A DNA stretch of 63,994 bases, filler included, from Octopus bimaculoides (Eukaryota): the NCBI RefSeq assembly GCF_001194135.2. It is 5 parts of 5 records of this genome, joined end to end, with 100 filler letters (N's around TTAATTAATTAA, not from the genome) between each part and the next. Parts side by side here need not be neighbours in the genome. Positions count along the whole stretch, not along the records: positions 61,952 to 63,994 come from NW_026437329.1; 4 more parts are not named here. The stretch is one strand, 5' to 3'. The notes below the pieces were generated by a model. The model was given only the letters and a program-made list of their open reading frames with translations, was not told where the DNA came from and searched no databases. The position numbers and the translations under genes are program-made. Numbering within the stretch: position 1 is the first letter of the stretch; each line of letters starts with the position of its first letter. Of this stretch, positions 62,546-63,994 are shown piece by piece.

Positions 62546-63994
62546 GGACAAACACAGACACATAAACATATACATAATACATACATACATACATACATAC
62601 ATACAAACACACACACACTCACACACANNNNNNNNNNNNNNNNNNNNNNNNNNNNNNNNNNNNNNNNNNNNNNNNNNNNNNNNNNNNNNNNNNNNNNNNN
62701 NNNNNNNNNNNNNNNNNNNNNNNNNNNNNNNNNNNNNNNNNNNNNNNNNNNNNNNNNNNNNNNNNNNNNNNNNNNNNNNNNNNNNNNNNNNNNNNNNNNN
62801 NNNNNNNNNNNNNNNNNNNNNNNNNNNNNNNNNNNNNNNNNNNNNNNNNNNNNNNNNNNNNNNNNNNNNNNNNNNNNNNNNNNNNNNNNNNNNNNNNNNN
62901 NNNNNNNNNNNNNNNNNNNNNNNNNNNNNNNNNNNNNNNNNNNNNNNNNNNNNNNNNNNNNNNNNNNNNNNNNNNNNNNNNNNNNNNNNNNNNNNNNNNN
63001 NNNNNNNNNNNNNNNNNNNNNNNNNNNNNNNNNNNNNNNNNNNNNNNNNNNNNNNNNNNNNNNNNNNNNNNNNNNNNNNNNNNNNNNNNNNNNNNNNNNN
63101 NNNNNNNNNNNNNNNNNNNNNNNNNNNNNNNNNNNNNNNNNNNNNNNNNNNNNNNNNNNNNNNNNNNNNNNNNNNNNNNNNNNNNNNNNNNNNNNNNNNN
63201 NNNNNNNNNNNNNNNNNNNNNNNNNNNNNNNNNNNNNNNNNNNNNNNNNNNNNNNNNNNNNNNNNNNNNNNNNNNNNNNNNNNNNNNNNNNNNNNNNNNN
63301 NNNTATATATATATATATACATACACACACGCATATATATATATATATATATATATATACGTACATATGTATGTATATATGCGTGTGTGTATGTGTGGTT
63401 GAGAGTGTGTACATATATAAAGCTCAGCAACTTTGTGAGTAATAATTCTATTCAAATTAATTTGATTGTACTTTATTTCTATTCATGAATCTCATTATCT
63501 CGCTGTATATATGTATATATATACGATAGTACACAAGCATATATGTATGCGTTGGTACATGTATGTGTATACACATACGCACATACTTATACCGAAACAC
63601 AAAAGCGCACACGTACGCACGCAATTGTTTCACAGTGCATTCACACTTCGGCGGCGGCGTCGTGGCGTAGTAGTGCATGTGCAGGGGGTGTTTCTAATTA
63701 TTGCGCTTTAATCAATTCTAATTGTTCCGAGTCGAAGATCTCCCGTTAAGTGTAAGTGGAACGGGGCTGTGGTGGGTCACGAGGAGGATAGGATCTGTAT
63801 TATGAAAAGCAGCGGCGGACGAGAGGGGCAGGTGACAAATAACAAATATTCTTAAAATTGTTACTGTGGTACAATCCCCCTTACAGTAGCACCCCTCTCT
63901 CCACACTAAATAACCTCCCTTTGTATCTCTCACCTCAGTCCCATATTCTTTTACTTTTGTTTATGTTATAGCTAGTGGGTTGATGGTAGTGGGG

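Noticed and set aside
63600-63860. CpG-richer patch near the window end, possibly regulatory
   Set aside because: There is no linked gene or recognisable motif cluster in the window, so no claim can be supported.

Overview
AT-rich, gap- and microsatellite-laden animal genomic scaffold. The SINE and RTE-tail families suggest an octopus-like cephalopod (inference). Only two host genes are supportable. One is two minus-strand exons of UMP synthase (OPRTase domain; 19735-19896 and 20317-20415). The other is the last three plus-strand exons of a follistatin-like 4/5 gene (26766-26966, 32802-32966, 34277-34485). The rest is transposon debris. It includes a near full-length Penelope-like element (1-2960), an L1/Tx1-type LINE lacking its whole RT domain (about 8500-12190), and a 1.45-kb ORF1-only retroelement inserted into a SINE head with a 15-bp TSD (23425-24869). 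There are also piggyBac, hAT and Helitron remnants stacked at 12.7-17.3 kb, RTE fragments, MITEs, many tRNA-derived SINEs, and hammerhead-ribozyme-like motifs. Four 100-bp N44-TTAATTAATTAA-N44 spacers are artificial joins, so gene order across them is uncertain. Most entries in the ORF track are artefacts of N-runs and microsatellites. No prokaryote-type system such as CRISPR is present. All homology calls are from motif recognition by eye, not from database searches.
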